Below the pieces are notes generated by a model. That model did not search any database, was not told where the DNA came from, and saw nothing but the letters and a program-made list of their open reading frames with translations. The translations under genes were made by a program, and so were the position numbers. A stretch of DNA of 64,000 nucleotides from Herpetosiphon gulosus. Its GTDB lineage: Bacteria; Chloroflexota; Chloroflexia; Chloroflexales; Herpetosiphonaceae. Positions 29,444 through 39,485 of the stretch are shown piece by piece (positions within the stretch are counted from its first letter, which is position 1; each line of letters begins with the position of its first letter). The stretch is taken from assembly GCF_039545135.1 (NCBI RefSeq), contig NZ_BAABRU010000004.1, forward strand, positions 130,427 to 194,426, read 5' to 3'.

Positions 29444-30592
29444 TTAACCGTTGCCATTACGGCGAGCGGCGAGAACATCTTCAACCGCCAGCGAACAACC
29501 GCGCAATTCTGCGCCGCTGGCTCGACCAAGCACCTCAAACCCATCAGCTACAACCACGCCTAAATCTTCGGTTTGCAATGCGAGTACCGAGTAGAGATTA
29601 GCCAAATCAAGGTGGCGTAACAGTCCAGTTTGGCCAGCAGGCAATGGTGCAAAGGTGGTTGGATCGACGATCTGGGTGCGAACCCAGGGCACAATCACCT
29701 TATGGCGTGGTTGCCATTCGCGGAGGTAGGCCGAGTGCAACGAGCAATCGTAAAATTGGCTGCCCAGTTCGGTCATACCATATTCGTTGACACACATAGT
29801 CGATGGAATCCCCAAAACTTCGCTGTAGAGCGCATAGAGATCGTTGCGGGCAATTTCGCGCACTTTGCCTTTGGAGCCGCCGGTATCCATCAAACGGCTA
29901 CCTTTGGGCAATTGCCAACGCTTGCCATGCTCGGCGCACCAATCCAAAAAATAGACGAAGGTATACATCACGCCCATCAAGCAAACCGGAGTATTCTTGG
30001 CCACTGCTGCATCAAGCGATTCGGCGAGGCTGGCTGAATCTAGGCCTGCTGCACTAAACACATAGCGGCTTTCAGCTGTGCCATGCTGCTCCACTGCATC
30101 GCTGATCATATGTGCTAGCGACGACTGTGGTAGCTCATTGGGATGCCAAAAAAGCACATAGATTGGCAGGCGTTTAGCATCGGGAAACAGATGATAGGCT
30201 AAATTTGGCCGTAACGACGCTTCATACAACGAGCGATCGCGAATATAGTGCGTGCCCCGTTGTTCACTGCCTTGGGTCGTACCGCTGGTGCGATAGATCG
30301 CCTGGGCTTCTTCGGGCGGAAAGGTGGTTAAGGGCAGATGTTTGAAGGCCGTGGTTGGCACTGCCGGAATCTCCGACCAATGCTTTACCCGCTCAGGGCT
30401 GAGCATCCGCCGTTCGCAATAGCGCTGATACACCACATTATGCTGCCATTGATAGCGAAACGTGCGCAAGGCTAAATCATTAAACAAACTATCGTCATCG
30501 GGGTCAATCGGGCGAACACCCGCTTGCATCAAAGCCCGAATTTCAAAATCGAGCGTTTCAATTTCGTTCATTTCCAACCTCAGGTGAGCCAA
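29444..30592 (-). CDS. LuxE-family acyl-protein synthetase (AMP-forming)
   Basis: IPAVPTTAFKH...RTSGTTQGSEQRG aligns with LuxE IPVFPTSVFKF...TSSGTNGLKSQ, from my recall of the Vibrio LuxE sequence. 382 aa. Confidence 0.7.
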   Translation of the reverse strand: MAHLRLEMNEIETLDFEIRALMQAGVRPIDPDDDSLFNDLALRTFRYQWQHNVVYQRYCERRMLSPERVKHWSEIPAVPTTAFKHLPLTTFPPEEAQAIYRTSGTTQGSEQRGTHYIRDRSLYEASLRPNLAYHLFPDAKRLPIYVLFWHPNELPQSSLAHMISDAVEQHGTAESRYVFSAAGLDSASLAESLDAAVAKNTPVCLMGVMYTFVYFLDWCAEHGKRWQLPKGSRLMDTGGSKGKVREIARNDLYALYSEVLGIPSTMCVNEYGMTELGSQFYDCSLHSAYLREWQPRHKVIVPWVRTQIVDPTTFAPLPAGQTGLLRHLDLANLYSVLALQTEDLGVVVADGFEVLGRASGAELRGCSLAVEDVLAARRNGNG

Positions 30593-30882
30593 AACACGCC
30601 CTCTGGACGCGCCTTGAATTGTACCACGCTCAATCTTACTAAGGATGAATTATGAAGGATGAGGGATGAAGGACATTGAACAAAGGGGTTAGGAGCCAGC
30701 GATCAGGAGTCAGGATTGCTGATTGGGCTCGTTAATTCAAATCTGACCCCTCGTCCCTGAATCCTGACCCCTTCTAATGCTTTGTGGTTTCAGTTCGAGG
30801 CTCCATTGCTGCTTGTTTGCGTGGTTGAAAACTACGGTATACTATAATCAAAGGATACTACTCCATGTAGGAGAACCTGTGT

Positions 30883-31239
30883 ATGGTCTTAGTTGTCGAT
30901 GATTCGCCGTTTATTCGTGCGTTTGTGGCAGCAGCCCTAGCACGGATCGACGTGGCAACTTGCGAGGCTGAGAGTGTGAGGGCAGCGCGTGCCATCTGTC
31001 ATGAGCGAACATTGGAAGCAGTGGTGGTGGATTTTGAGTTGCCCGATGAGCCTGGTGTGGCCTTATGTCGCGAGATGCAACGGTTGAGCAATGTGCCAGT
31101 TGTCCTGATGAGTGGGCATAGCGAGGATGATGTGCGTGCTCAATTCCCCTTACATCAACAACCCTACTTCCTAGCCAAACCCTTCACCCTCAATCAAATT
31201 CAAGGGCTGATTCAGCAAATCATCGGCGTTGCCTGCTAA
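30883..31239 (+). CDS. Single-domain response regulator (CheY-like REC)
   Basis: MVLVVDDSPFIRAF N-terminus, acceptor Asp at VVDFELPD, and conserved Lys at LAKPF. Confidence 0.75.
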   Translation: MVLVVDDSPFIRAFVAAALARIDVATCEAESVRAARAICHERTLEAVVVDFELPDEPGVALCREMQRLSNVPVVLMSGHSEDDVRAQFPLHQQPYFLAKPFTLNQIQGLIQQIIGVAC

Positions 31240-31268
31240 GCTATTCTTTGGTATAATGCGCGACGCAC

Positions 31269-31359
31269 GGGTGGGTCGCATAGTTGGTCGAGTGCGCGGC
31301 ACTGGAAATGCCGTAGGGTGTCAAAGCTCTCGAGGGTTCGAATCCCTCTCCACCCGCCA
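31269..31359 (+). tRNA. tRNA-Ser (anticodon GGA), class II with long variable arm
   Basis: Manual fold. Acceptor gggtggg/tccaccc, D-stem gcat/gtgc, anticodon stem cggca/tgccg with loop ctGGAaa, an 18-nt variable arm, and T-arm gaggg-ttcgaat-ccctc. The discriminator is g, and CCA is encoded. Confidence 0.85.
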
Positions 31360-31362
31360 AAT

Positions 31363-31398
31363 CACACGCCATGAAGTTTCATGGCGTGTTGTTGTTTA
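31363..31398 (+). terminator. Rho-independent terminator after tRNA-Ser
   Basis: acacgccatgaa-gtt-tcatggcgtgt forms a 12-bp stem, followed by tgttgttt. Confidence 0.7.
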
Positions 31399-31654
31399 AC
31401 TGGGGATCGGTTTGGAGTCAGGGCTGGACGTTTTTGATCCACAAAGCGCACGAAGAGCACGAAGGCTATTTTTAGCCACAGATTACACAGATTTGTTTGA
31501 TGCTTCTACTATAACCAATTCACTTTCTGATCGCTGACCCCTGATCCCTCATCTTTCTCTGCACCTTTGCGTTAAAAATCGATCCCCTGCCCTCTTTACA
31601 TTTGGCTTAAGCTTGGTTATAGTATTAGCACAAATGTTTTATTCGGAGAATAGA

Positions 31655-32056
31655 ATGAGTACAACTGCGAAGGCAACGTTTAGCATTTTAGAATGGGATG
31701 AAAAGCCTTTTCACGAACAAACCGGCGAAGGCAAACTGACCCGCGCCCATGTGCGTTATCGCTATGAAGGTGATTTAGTCGGCGAAAGCACGGTTGAATA
31801 TTTGATGGCCTACCCCGAAGTTGGCGATGCAAGCTATGTTGGCCTACAGCGCTTTGTTGGTACGTTGGCTGGTAAAACTGGTAGTTTTGTGTTGCAACAT
31901 GTGGGCACTGCCAATCAGGTTGATGTGTTCGATCAAATTGAGGTTGTAGCTGGCTCGGCTACCGACGAATTAGCAGGTTTGCGCGGCCATGGCAAACTGG
32001 CGATCAGCGGTCACTCCGAAAATTATCCATTTGCAATTGAATATGAATTTGTTTAA
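31655..32056 (+). CDS. DUF3224-like protein
   Basis: Start MSTTAKATFSILEWDEKP after a ggagaatagaATG SD. The pattern ...GKLTRAHVRYRYEGDLVGES...VGLQRFVGTLAGKTGSFVLQH...GLRGHGK matches DUF3224 as I remember it. Confidence 0.5.
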   Translation: MSTTAKATFSILEWDEKPFHEQTGEGKLTRAHVRYRYEGDLVGESTVEYLMAYPEVGDASYVGLQRFVGTLAGKTGSFVLQHVGTANQVDVFDQIEVVAGSATDELAGLRGHGKLAISGHSENYPFAIEYEFV

Positions 32057-32169
32057 TTGATTGCAACCTTGCACAACCACGCTGCGTACTGTGTTCCAGA
32101 AGGATTGATATTCAATCGAAAGCATTGTCTTGCATAGTTCTTTTGGCAAGGCGAAAGGAACATAAGGTC

Positions 32170-32676
32170 ATGGATTGTTCAGTATGTGGCCGTCATAACG
32201 AAACAGCAGCGGTATTTTGTGTCTATTGTGGTATTCGGCTTGAAACTGCCAATCAGCGCAAGCCAGTTCAGCCAGCCCTCGGCAAAACAATAGATTTACG
32301 CCGTGAGTCTGGGCCTGCTGTGCAATCAATGCCGGTTACGCCCAAGCTTGAGCCAGTTGTCCCACCAATGCCTGTTGCTCAGCCAATCGTCCAGCGTGAA
32401 CGCTCACGCAAATCGTCGAATGATGGTTGGATTTTGTTGGGTGTGGTAGTGTTAGCCCTGATCTTCTTTAATAGTCTCTCGTTCATCCCTTTATGGGCGA
32501 TGATCATGATGGGAATTGGGGTGCTTTCACTGAGTCAATCACGCCAAGCGGCAGTATGGCTGATTGGTATTCCAATTCTGGCAATCACTGGTTGGTGGTG
32601 GGGCATTGTGCTCCTGATTATTTTTAGCAATCATAAATCGAATGGTTGCGGCATGAAACATTCCTACAAACATTAA
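32170..32676 (+). CDS. Zinc-ribbon membrane protein
   Basis: Start MDCSVCGRHNETAAVFCVYCG (CxxC...CxxC) after an aaggaacataaggtc SD. The C-terminal half has 3 TM helices. Confidence 0.55.
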   Translation: MDCSVCGRHNETAAVFCVYCGIRLETANQRKPVQPALGKTIDLRRESGPAVQSMPVTPKLEPVVPPMPVAQPIVQRERSRKSSNDGWILLGVVVLALIFFNSLSFIPLWAMIMMGIGVLSLSQSRQAAVWLIGIPILAITGWWWGIVLLIIFSNHKSNGCGMKHSYKH

Positions 32677-32791
32677 TCGATAATTACCTTGCGGTATCAA
32701 ACAAGCGCTCTGCCTGCGGGTAGGACGATTGTTTTTAACGTGGCGGCGATCTATACTCACTGAGTTTGTTAGCAACTTAGAGGAGTGAACC

Positions 32792-33259
32792 ATGGCCCAA
32801 TATCTGTATGGTGATCGCATCGCTGCCCAAGGCCGCTTGATGCTTGGTTGCTCAGCAACCTTATTCGATGCCACGCGCAGTAAGCTTTTATTAACCCGCC
32901 GCACCGATAACGGGCGCTGGTGTTTGCCTGGTGGAGCAGTCGATGCTGGCGAATCGGTCAGCGAAGCCTGCGTTCGCGAGGTTTTTGAGGAAACTGGGCT
33001 GACGGTGCAGGTTGTGCGCTTGCTGGGCATTTATAGCAATCCACATCGCATGGTGCGCTACGCTGATGGCAATCAATATCATGTGATTAGCATGAATTTT
33101 GAGGTGGCCTTGATTGGTGGTGAGCTAGGATTAAGCAACGAAACCACCGAAGTCGGCTATTTCAGCCAAGCCGAAATTGATACAATGGATCTGATCGATC
33201 CGCACCGTGAGCGGATGGCGGCGATTTGGAGCAATGATTCCATTCCAACAATTGCTTGA
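32792..33259 (+). CDS. NUDIX hydrolase
   Basis: Nudix box GGAVDAGESVSEACVREVFEETGL. aggagtgaacc SD. Confidence 0.88.
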   Translation: MAQYLYGDRIAAQGRLMLGCSATLFDATRSKLLLTRRTDNGRWCLPGGAVDAGESVSEACVREVFEETGLTVQVVRLLGIYSNPHRMVRYADGNQYHVISMNFEVALIGGELGLSNETTEVGYFSQAEIDTMDLIDPHRERMAAIWSNDSIPTIA

Positions 33260-33265
33260 TGAAAG

Positions 33266-33300
33266 TGCCCCGCAGCTTTGCAATAGGCTACGGGGCACTT
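33266..33300. terminator. Bidirectional terminator hairpin between convergent nudix and pfpI
   Basis: agtgccccg-cagctttgcaataggcta-cggggcact. A second small hairpin acaggtt-atcaacc-aacctgt follows. Confidence 0.5.
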
Positions 33301-33317
33301 CTTCCTGATACAGGTTA

Positions 33318-33887
33318 TCAACCAACCTGTTTATGTAAACCTTCGCCTAATTCTTCAATAAATTTGCGATTGAAGGCCGGAATATCTTGGGGATTGCGGC
33401 TGGTCACTAGGCCATTATCGACCACGACCTCGCGATCAACCCACTCGGCTCCCGCATTTTTCAGGTCGTTTTGTAAGGTTGGGTACGATGTGAGCATACG
33501 GCCTTTGGCAATTCCAGCATCGATCAGCGTCCAAGGGCCATGGCAAATGGCAGCAATTGGTTTGCCAGCCTCGGCCATCGCTCGTACAAAATTCAAAACG
33601 CTGGTTTCGCGCCGCAGTTTATCGGGGTTCATTACGCCGCCAGGCAACAACAACCCATCATAATCAGCAGGGTTGACTTGCTCAAGCGTATAATCAACGG
33701 CAATCTCGCTGCCCCAATCTTGCTCTTTCCAGCCGCGAATCGTGCCAGCCTTGAGCGAAATGACATGGGTTTTGGCTCCGGCTTGCTCTAAGGCTGCTTT
33801 TGGTTCTTCAAGCTCGCTTTGCTCAAAGCCATGAGTTGCAATAATCGCCACTCGTTTGCCCTTTAAATGATGACTCATACTTCGCAT
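33318..33887 (-). CDS. DJ-1/PfpI family protein (class I glutamine amidotransferase-like; deglycase or protease)
   Basis: KRVAIIATHGFEQSEL, then the nucleophile elbow IAAICHGPWTL. Confidence 0.85.
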   Translation of the reverse strand: MRSMSHHLKGKRVAIIATHGFEQSELEEPKAALEQAGAKTHVISLKAGTIRGWKEQDWGSEIAVDYTLEQVNPADYDGLLLPGGVMNPDKLRRETSVLNFVRAMAEAGKPIAAICHGPWTLIDAGIAKGRMLTSYPTLQNDLKNAGAEWVDREVVVDNGLVTSRNPQDIPAFNRKFIEELGEGLHKQVG

Positions 33888-33989
33888 ACCTCCTGTTACA
33901 CCACTATTCTATGCCTAGGTTAAGGCAAGATTCAGGCCACAGCCGATATGCCTGCGCCTCAATCACCCATGATCGAGGCGCATAGTTGG

Positions 33990-35348
33990 TTATTTATCAG
34001 GCGCTGCTGGCACGCTGCTTGGTGGTTGCGAACGGAAAAAGCGCGAGGCGGCAAGCAATACTTTGGGTGTAAACAAGCTCGCGGCTGAGCCGATCATATG
34101 AATCGCGCCAACCATGGCGTTGGTAGCAGCATGATTGCCTGCCGCCGCCATATTTACCTTATCGCTATACCATTGCAGCACGCGAATCGGCAAAATTGGG
34201 CGATAGGTCGGCGTATCAGCCAGTCGTGAATCTTCGCTGATGGTGGTAAGCCAGCCCGCTTTGTTGCGGCGAGCCAAGGCTTTTTGGAAGCTCAAGGCCC
34301 ATGGTGCGCTGCCTATGCCCTCACGTTGCAGATGCTTGGCTAAAACCTGAACGCTCATGGCAGTATTAGTAATACCTTGGCCATAAATTGGATTCAAGGC
34401 ACACACGCTATCAGCAATCGCAATGAGGCCAGCGGGCATGACTGGCAATTGTTCGTAATGCACCCAACGATTTTCGGTTTTGGCATAACCATAGACTTGG
34501 CTGGCAGGCGTAAATTTCTGGGTAATTTCAGCAATCAAGGGCGTGCGCATCCGTGCCAACCAAGCCTCAAACTCGGTACTATCGGTTGGCGGGCGTTGGC
34601 TGCCAACTCCGCCAATCGTCAAGAGCCATTGGTCGTTTTCAACCTTAAGAAAAGTTGCGCCATGGCGAATATGCGGCGGCATCGGCATCACAAAGATCGC
34701 TGGCCAGCCTTGCCAATCGGCAGGAGCGGTGTACATTCTGGTGGCATAGCCCACATCTGATTTGTAAATGGTCTCTTTGACTCGCCCAAATTGATGTTGT
34801 TCCAGCCATTCTGGCAGCTTGGATGGACGACCAGCCGCATCGACAACCAAGTTGGCATTAAGTTCATGCTGCTCACCAGTATCACGATTGCGCAACTTGA
34901 CCCCGACAACTTGTCGCCCGTGAAAGAGCAAATCAGTCACTTCTTGGCGCGTTTGGATTTCAATATTGGGAATTTGGCGAATGCGCCCAAGAATCGCTGC
35001 ATCGAACAAGGGGCGGGTGGCGATGATGCTGCGATAATCCGAGGGTCGTGGTTCGGCCCAGCCTGCCGCAAATAAATAACGACAATCGTTCATCAGATCA
35101 AGCTCGTTGCCGCCAAGCGCCTTCATATCTTCGCGAATGTTGGGAAACAGTTTTTCTAATTCGAGTAAACCGCGCATCAGCAACAAGTGCAATTGGCGAC
35201 CTTGCGGCACGCCCGCCCGAAATTGCACCCCATCGGGCAGCGTATCACGCTCCAAAATCGTCACTTTAGCATAAACGTCACTCAACACACGGGCACTCAA
35301 TAAGCCACCGATGCTGGCTCCGATCACAATCGCATGGTCTCGTCTCAT
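33990..35348 (-). CDS. FAD-dependent monooxygenase-like protein, paralog 1
   Basis: DHAIVIGASIGGL dinucleotide-binding motif followed by ...ILERD. A GD-type second FAD motif (IADSVCALNPIYGQGITN) and a 100-aa C-terminal extension. 452 aa. Confidence 0.7.
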   Translation of the reverse strand: MRRDHAIVIGASIGGLLSARVLSDVYAKVTILERDTLPDGVQFRAGVPQGRQLHLLLMRGLLELEKLFPNIREDMKALGGNELDLMNDCRYLFAAGWAEPRPSDYRSIIATRPLFDAAILGRIRQIPNIEIQTRQEVTDLLFHGRQVVGVKLRNRDTGEQHELNANLVVDAAGRPSKLPEWLEQHQFGRVKETIYKSDVGYATRMYTAPADWQGWPAIFVMPMPPHIRHGATFLKVENDQWLLTIGGVGSQRPPTDSTEFEAWLARMRTPLIAEITQKFTPASQVYGYAKTENRWVHYEQLPVMPAGLIAIADSVCALNPIYGQGITNTAMSVQVLAKHLQREGIGSAPWALSFQKALARRNKAGWLTTISEDSRLADTPTYRPILPIRVLQWYSDKVNMAAAGNHAATNAMVGAIHMIGSAASLFTPKVLLAASRFFRSQPPSSVPAAPDK

Positions 35349-35422
35349 AGTACACCTCCCAAATCTGAAATGTACTCCTGCATATTCTAGTAGTATAGCA
35401 GGGCTGGATTCAGTTGCCTATG

Positions 35423-36784
35423 CTATACGTTGACCTGCAAGGGCAAGTTTGGCACTGCATCGGAATATTTAGGCCGAATTTTGCTCAGCAGCACGGGAAT
35501 AAACACCCGTGGATGAAATAGCGCATTTGGATTGCCGATCATATGAATTGTTTTGATAAACTCGCTAAAAACCACGTTACTATTCAAACTGGCCTGATTA
35601 ATTTGATCAAAATAGGGTGCGATTAGTTTACTCAACAACGGGCGTTTGAACGATGAATCGTAACGCGAATCTTCACCACTCGCCATTTCCCAAGGGAATT
35701 GGTTGTTCTTGGCTAAAACTTGTTGAAAACGCTGACCCCAGGCTGCTGAGCCACGATCTTGCTGTTTGAGCTGGTTACCTAGCAAGATTGCGCCTAGGGT
35801 GGCAGTGCTAATCCCCTGCCCATAAACCGGATTAAAGGCACAAACCGCATCGCCCAAGGCAATTATTCCTGCTGGCAGGTGCATGCGCTCGTAGTGGCGT
35901 TGGCGATTTTCGGTACGCCCATAGCCACTGGTTGGGCTAAGCGGCTGCGATTTACTCAACAGATCGGCCAAAATTGGCGAGGGCAATTCGCGCAGCCATT
36001 GCATAAAACCATCTTCATCGGTTGGTGGCTTGGCCTGATTGACCCCGCCGCCAGTCACAATCCAGCGATTGCCCTCAACTTCGAGCAAAATCGCGCCTTT
36101 GGGAACGGTCGGCGGCTGTTGCATCACAAACAGGCCTTTCCATTCATTCCAGCCTTCGGGCTTAGCATAGAGCCGCGACGTATAGCCAAGTTTGGCATCG
36201 AGCACGGTTTCGCTTACCTTGCCACAACCAAGTTCAGCCAGCCATTCTGCCAATTTGGAATTGCGCCCACTGGCATCGACAACCAAATCGGCATGCAAAC
36301 TCTGTTCGCTGCCATCTTGGCGATTGCGCACCTGCACCCCTTGAATATGGCGACTATTGCCGATCAGATTGAGGGCATCGTGTTGGGCCAAAAACTGAAT
36401 CTTAAGGTTTTGCAATAAGCGCCGCCGAATTGCCCAATCAAACAAAGGGCGAGTTGCCGAGAGCGTTTTCAATTCGGTTGGCTGGGGCACTGTCCAGCCA
36501 TTTTTGAGGTAATAGCGACAATCGTTGATCATATCCACTGATTGTGCCCCAAGATCTTGCAGTTCTTGGTTGATGCCTGGAAAAAGCGTTTCCAGCTCGC
36601 GTGCACCACGAATCAGTAGCAAATGCACATGGCGACCTTGCGGCACACCCGCCCGAAAATCACCAGCCTCGGGCAAGCTATCGCGTTCGAGCACACTAAC
36701 TCGGCCATAATGTTGGCTCAACATGTGGGCGGTAATCAGGCCGCTAATACTGGCTCCAATCACAATTGCATGATCTTGCAGCAT
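35423..36784 (-). CDS. FAD-dependent monooxygenase-like protein, paralog 2
   Basis: MLQDHAIVIGASISGL... It is collinear with paralogs 1 and 3 over the full length. Confidence 0.7.
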   Translation of the reverse strand: MLQDHAIVIGASISGLITAHMLSQHYGRVSVLERDSLPEAGDFRAGVPQGRHVHLLLIRGARELETLFPGINQELQDLGAQSVDMINDCRYYLKNGWTVPQPTELKTLSATRPLFDWAIRRRLLQNLKIQFLAQHDALNLIGNSRHIQGVQVRNRQDGSEQSLHADLVVDASGRNSKLAEWLAELGCGKVSETVLDAKLGYTSRLYAKPEGWNEWKGLFVMQQPPTVPKGAILLEVEGNRWIVTGGGVNQAKPPTDEDGFMQWLRELPSPILADLLSKSQPLSPTSGYGRTENRQRHYERMHLPAGIIALGDAVCAFNPVYGQGISTATLGAILLGNQLKQQDRGSAAWGQRFQQVLAKNNQFPWEMASGEDSRYDSSFKRPLLSKLIAPYFDQINQASLNSNVVFSEFIKTIHMIGNPNALFHPRVFIPVLLSKIRPKYSDAVPNLPLQVNV

Positions 36785-36786
36785 AG

Positions 36787-38175
36787 TTAAGCTCCTTGGC
36801 TAGCGCTGAGAATGGTCGGGATCGCGGGCGTTGGGTTGGGAGTTGCTGATTGTAAGCGCCCTTTGAGCACATTCCAGATCATCGCTGGGTGCAGTAAGCC
36901 ACTGGGATTACCAGTCATATGCACAATCGGCGTGAAGCGGTTGAGCACGATTGGATTATTGCTTGATGCCAGATTGATTTGATCAAAATAATTGCGCAGC
37001 AGGGTCGCCCCAAACGAACGCTTGACGCTGGTGTTATAGCGGGCATCTTCGCCCACCGCGATGCCCCAAGGAAATTGATTGCTCTTGGCGAGCGCTTGTT
37101 GGAAGCGCTGACCCCAGGCTGCCGAGGCCCGATCTTGTTCTTTTAAATGCTGGCTCAGCAAAATCGCGCCCAAGGTGGCGTTGCTAATACCTTGCCCATA
37201 AATTGGATTAAAGGCACAAACCGCATCACCAAGCGCGACCACTCCCGCAGGCAGGCTAAGTTGCTCATAATGGCGTTGGCGATTTTCGGTGCGGCCAAAA
37301 CCAACCAAGGGGCTAATTGGCTGGGCCTTGCTCAGTAATTCATACAAAATCGGCGAACACAATAGTTTGAGCCAATTTAGCCATTCGGCCTCATCAAGTG
37401 GTGGCTTGGCCTCGTTGAATCCACCACAGGTCACCATCCAGCGATTGCCCTCGATCTCAGTTAAAATCGCGCCACGTGGATTAACCAATGGTCGTTGGCG
37501 CACAAATAAGCCCTTCCATTCGTTCCAGCCTTCGGGTTTGGCATAGAGCCGTGAGCAATAGCCCACATTCGAGGCAATCACGGTTTCGGGCACTGCTTGG
37601 CAACCGAGCGCTTGCAGCCATTGAGCAAGTTTAGATGAACGCCCACTGCAATCGACCACAAGTTCGGCCAAAAATTGGTGTTCAACTTCGGTATCGCGGC
37701 GTTTGGTATTGATACCCCGCACATGACGCAAATCCCCAACCAAGCCAAGCACATCGGTTTGGGTTTCGAGCCGAATCTTGGGGTTTTGACGTAAACGCTG
37801 CAACAACACCCAATCGTAGAGCGGGCGGCTAGCCGAGATTGTGCGATGGGTTGATTGATGCGGTTTGGCCCAACCACCAGCCATCAAATAGCGATAATCA
37901 TTCATCAAATCGACCGACTGTGCGCCGTGGGCCACGAGTTCCTGTCCAATGCCAGGGAAAAGCATTTCAAGCTCACGCGCCCCACGCATCAACAGCAGAT
38001 GCAGGTGACGAGCTTGCGGCAAACCAGCCCGCACATCGATCGAGTCGGGCAAACTATCACGTTCGATAATCGTTACTTGGGCAAAATAGTGGCTGAGGAT
38101 GTGTGCGGTCACTAAACCGCTAATGCTTGCGCCAATAACCAGCGCATGATCGTGACCCATCATAGCTCCTTCCAA
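36787..38175 (-). CDS. FAD-dependent monooxygenase-like protein, paralog 3
   Basis: MGHDHALVIGASISGL... The start is probably 38160-38163. It is separated from paralog 2 by 2 nt. Confidence 0.7.
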   Translation of the reverse strand: MEGAMMGHDHALVIGASISGLVTAHILSHYFAQVTIIERDSLPDSIDVRAGLPQARHLHLLLMRGARELEMLFPGIGQELVAHGAQSVDLMNDYRYLMAGGWAKPHQSTHRTISASRPLYDWVLLQRLRQNPKIRLETQTDVLGLVGDLRHVRGINTKRRDTEVEHQFLAELVVDCSGRSSKLAQWLQALGCQAVPETVIASNVGYCSRLYAKPEGWNEWKGLFVRQRPLVNPRGAILTEIEGNRWMVTCGGFNEAKPPLDEAEWLNWLKLLCSPILYELLSKAQPISPLVGFGRTENRQRHYEQLSLPAGVVALGDAVCAFNPIYGQGISNATLGAILLSQHLKEQDRASAAWGQRFQQALAKSNQFPWGIAVGEDARYNTSVKRSFGATLLRNYFDQINLASSNNPIVLNRFTPIVHMTGNPSGLLHPAMIWNVLKGRLQSATPNPTPAIPTILSASQGA

Positions 38176-38363
38176 GGCAAGTGGAATTCAACGCACACAA
38201 CAATTCTGGCTACTAACGTTTGATTCTCTAGCAAACGTAGCAGGTTGAAGCATGCTGCTGTGGTTGATGGAGCAATTGATGGGTGGATTGATGTGGGTAT
38301 GTTTGACTCCATGCAGCAGCCAAAAATTTGATTGCTGCATCTTAGCATAATTCAGGGTTTTTG

Positions 38364-39485
38364 CTAGCGTGGTTGCCAAAATGGGCGATCAGGCCAGCGC
38401 TGTTCTTGGGCATAAATCTGCTGGCGAAGCTGGCGATAAGCTTGCCAAGCCTGCTCAATCTGATGTCCATAGCCATGCAGCGCGGCAATTGAGCCTTGGT
38501 TGGCAGCGATTAAACATTGAGCGGCATCGCGGGCGCTGGTTAATCCCACCGTAATTCCATGGGCCGCCAGCGGATCATAGCTCATGGCCGCGTCGCCGAT
38601 CGCCAGCCAACCATTGCCATAGCAGCGATCTAAGCGGCTACTGCTAGCATCGACCCAATACGGTTGGGCACAAAGCTGGTGTTGATCGAGCCATTGTTTG
38701 GCCCAAGTGCTACATTTGAGGGCTTGCCACCAACCCTCGGCATGAACAAGCTTTTGGCGTTGGGTGGCAGTTGGGTGACCAATAAAAATGCTGGCCATTT
38801 GAGCTTGCGGCACTCGCGCCACATACCACCAACCATCAGCTACCGCCTCGACCAAGCTCCGCTGATCGGGCCATGGCTGAGCTTGCGGCTCCAGCATCGC
38901 CACCAAACCAAGCTGTTTGGGGCCATCAATCTGGGTTTGTATTCCCAATCGCCGCGCTAGCCAACGTGCTCGGCCAGTCGCCTCAATCAGCCAGCGCGTT
39001 TGAAATAATTGCTCGCCAACCCCCATAATCCAGCGCTCAGACTGACGTTCGAGGTAGCTAATTGACACTGAACTGAATGTTACGCCCAATCCAAGGCCGC
39101 GCTGGCGGAGCTGCTGCTCAAAGTGCGGTCGATTGAGATGCCAGCCATGGCCATAGGGCGTTGCCAAAAAATCATGATGATAGAGCGCATCTGATCCCCA
39201 AGCTGCTAGATTGCCCGGGCAAATCGAATGCTCCCGATCAAGATCTAGACCCAGCTCGTGCACCAACGGGCGAGCGGCAGGCGCTAAACTTTCGCCAAAG
39301 CACTGTGGCCGCGTAGGCGGGCGTTCGAGTACAACCACCTGCAACCCATGCCGTGCGAGATGCACGGCACAGGCGCAGCCAGCGATGCCGCCGCCAACGA
39401 TCAAACAATCAATCGTTATTGGCTTCGGCGGCATTTTTGCGTCCTCGCTTGAGGCGTTGTTGTGGCCAATTGAGGTCGCTATCAA
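38364..39485 (-). CDS. lodB: LodB-like FAD-dependent flavoprotein (CTQ cofactor biogenesis partner)
   Basis: ITIDCLIVGGGIAGCACAVHLARHGLQVVVLER Rossmann motif, with a likely start MPPKP at 39434. It is about 370 aa, located immediately 3' of and overlapping lodA, as in Marinomonas lodAB and goxAB. Confidence 0.7.
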   Translation of the reverse strand: MIATSIGHNNASSEDAKMPPKPITIDCLIVGGGIAGCACAVHLARHGLQVVVLERPPTRPQCFGESLAPAARPLVHELGLDLDREHSICPGNLAAWGSDALYHHDFLATPYGHGWHLNRPHFEQQLRQRGLGLGVTFSSVSISYLERQSERWIMGVGEQLFQTRWLIEATGRARWLARRLGIQTQIDGPKQLGLVAMLEPQAQPWPDQRSLVEAVADGWWYVARVPQAQMASIFIGHPTATQRQKLVHAEGWWQALKCSTWAKQWLDQHQLCAQPYWVDASSSRLDRCYGNGWLAIGDAAMSYDPLAAHGITVGLTSARDAAQCLIAANQGSIAALHGYGHQIEQAWQAYRQLRQQIYAQEQRWPDRPFWQPR

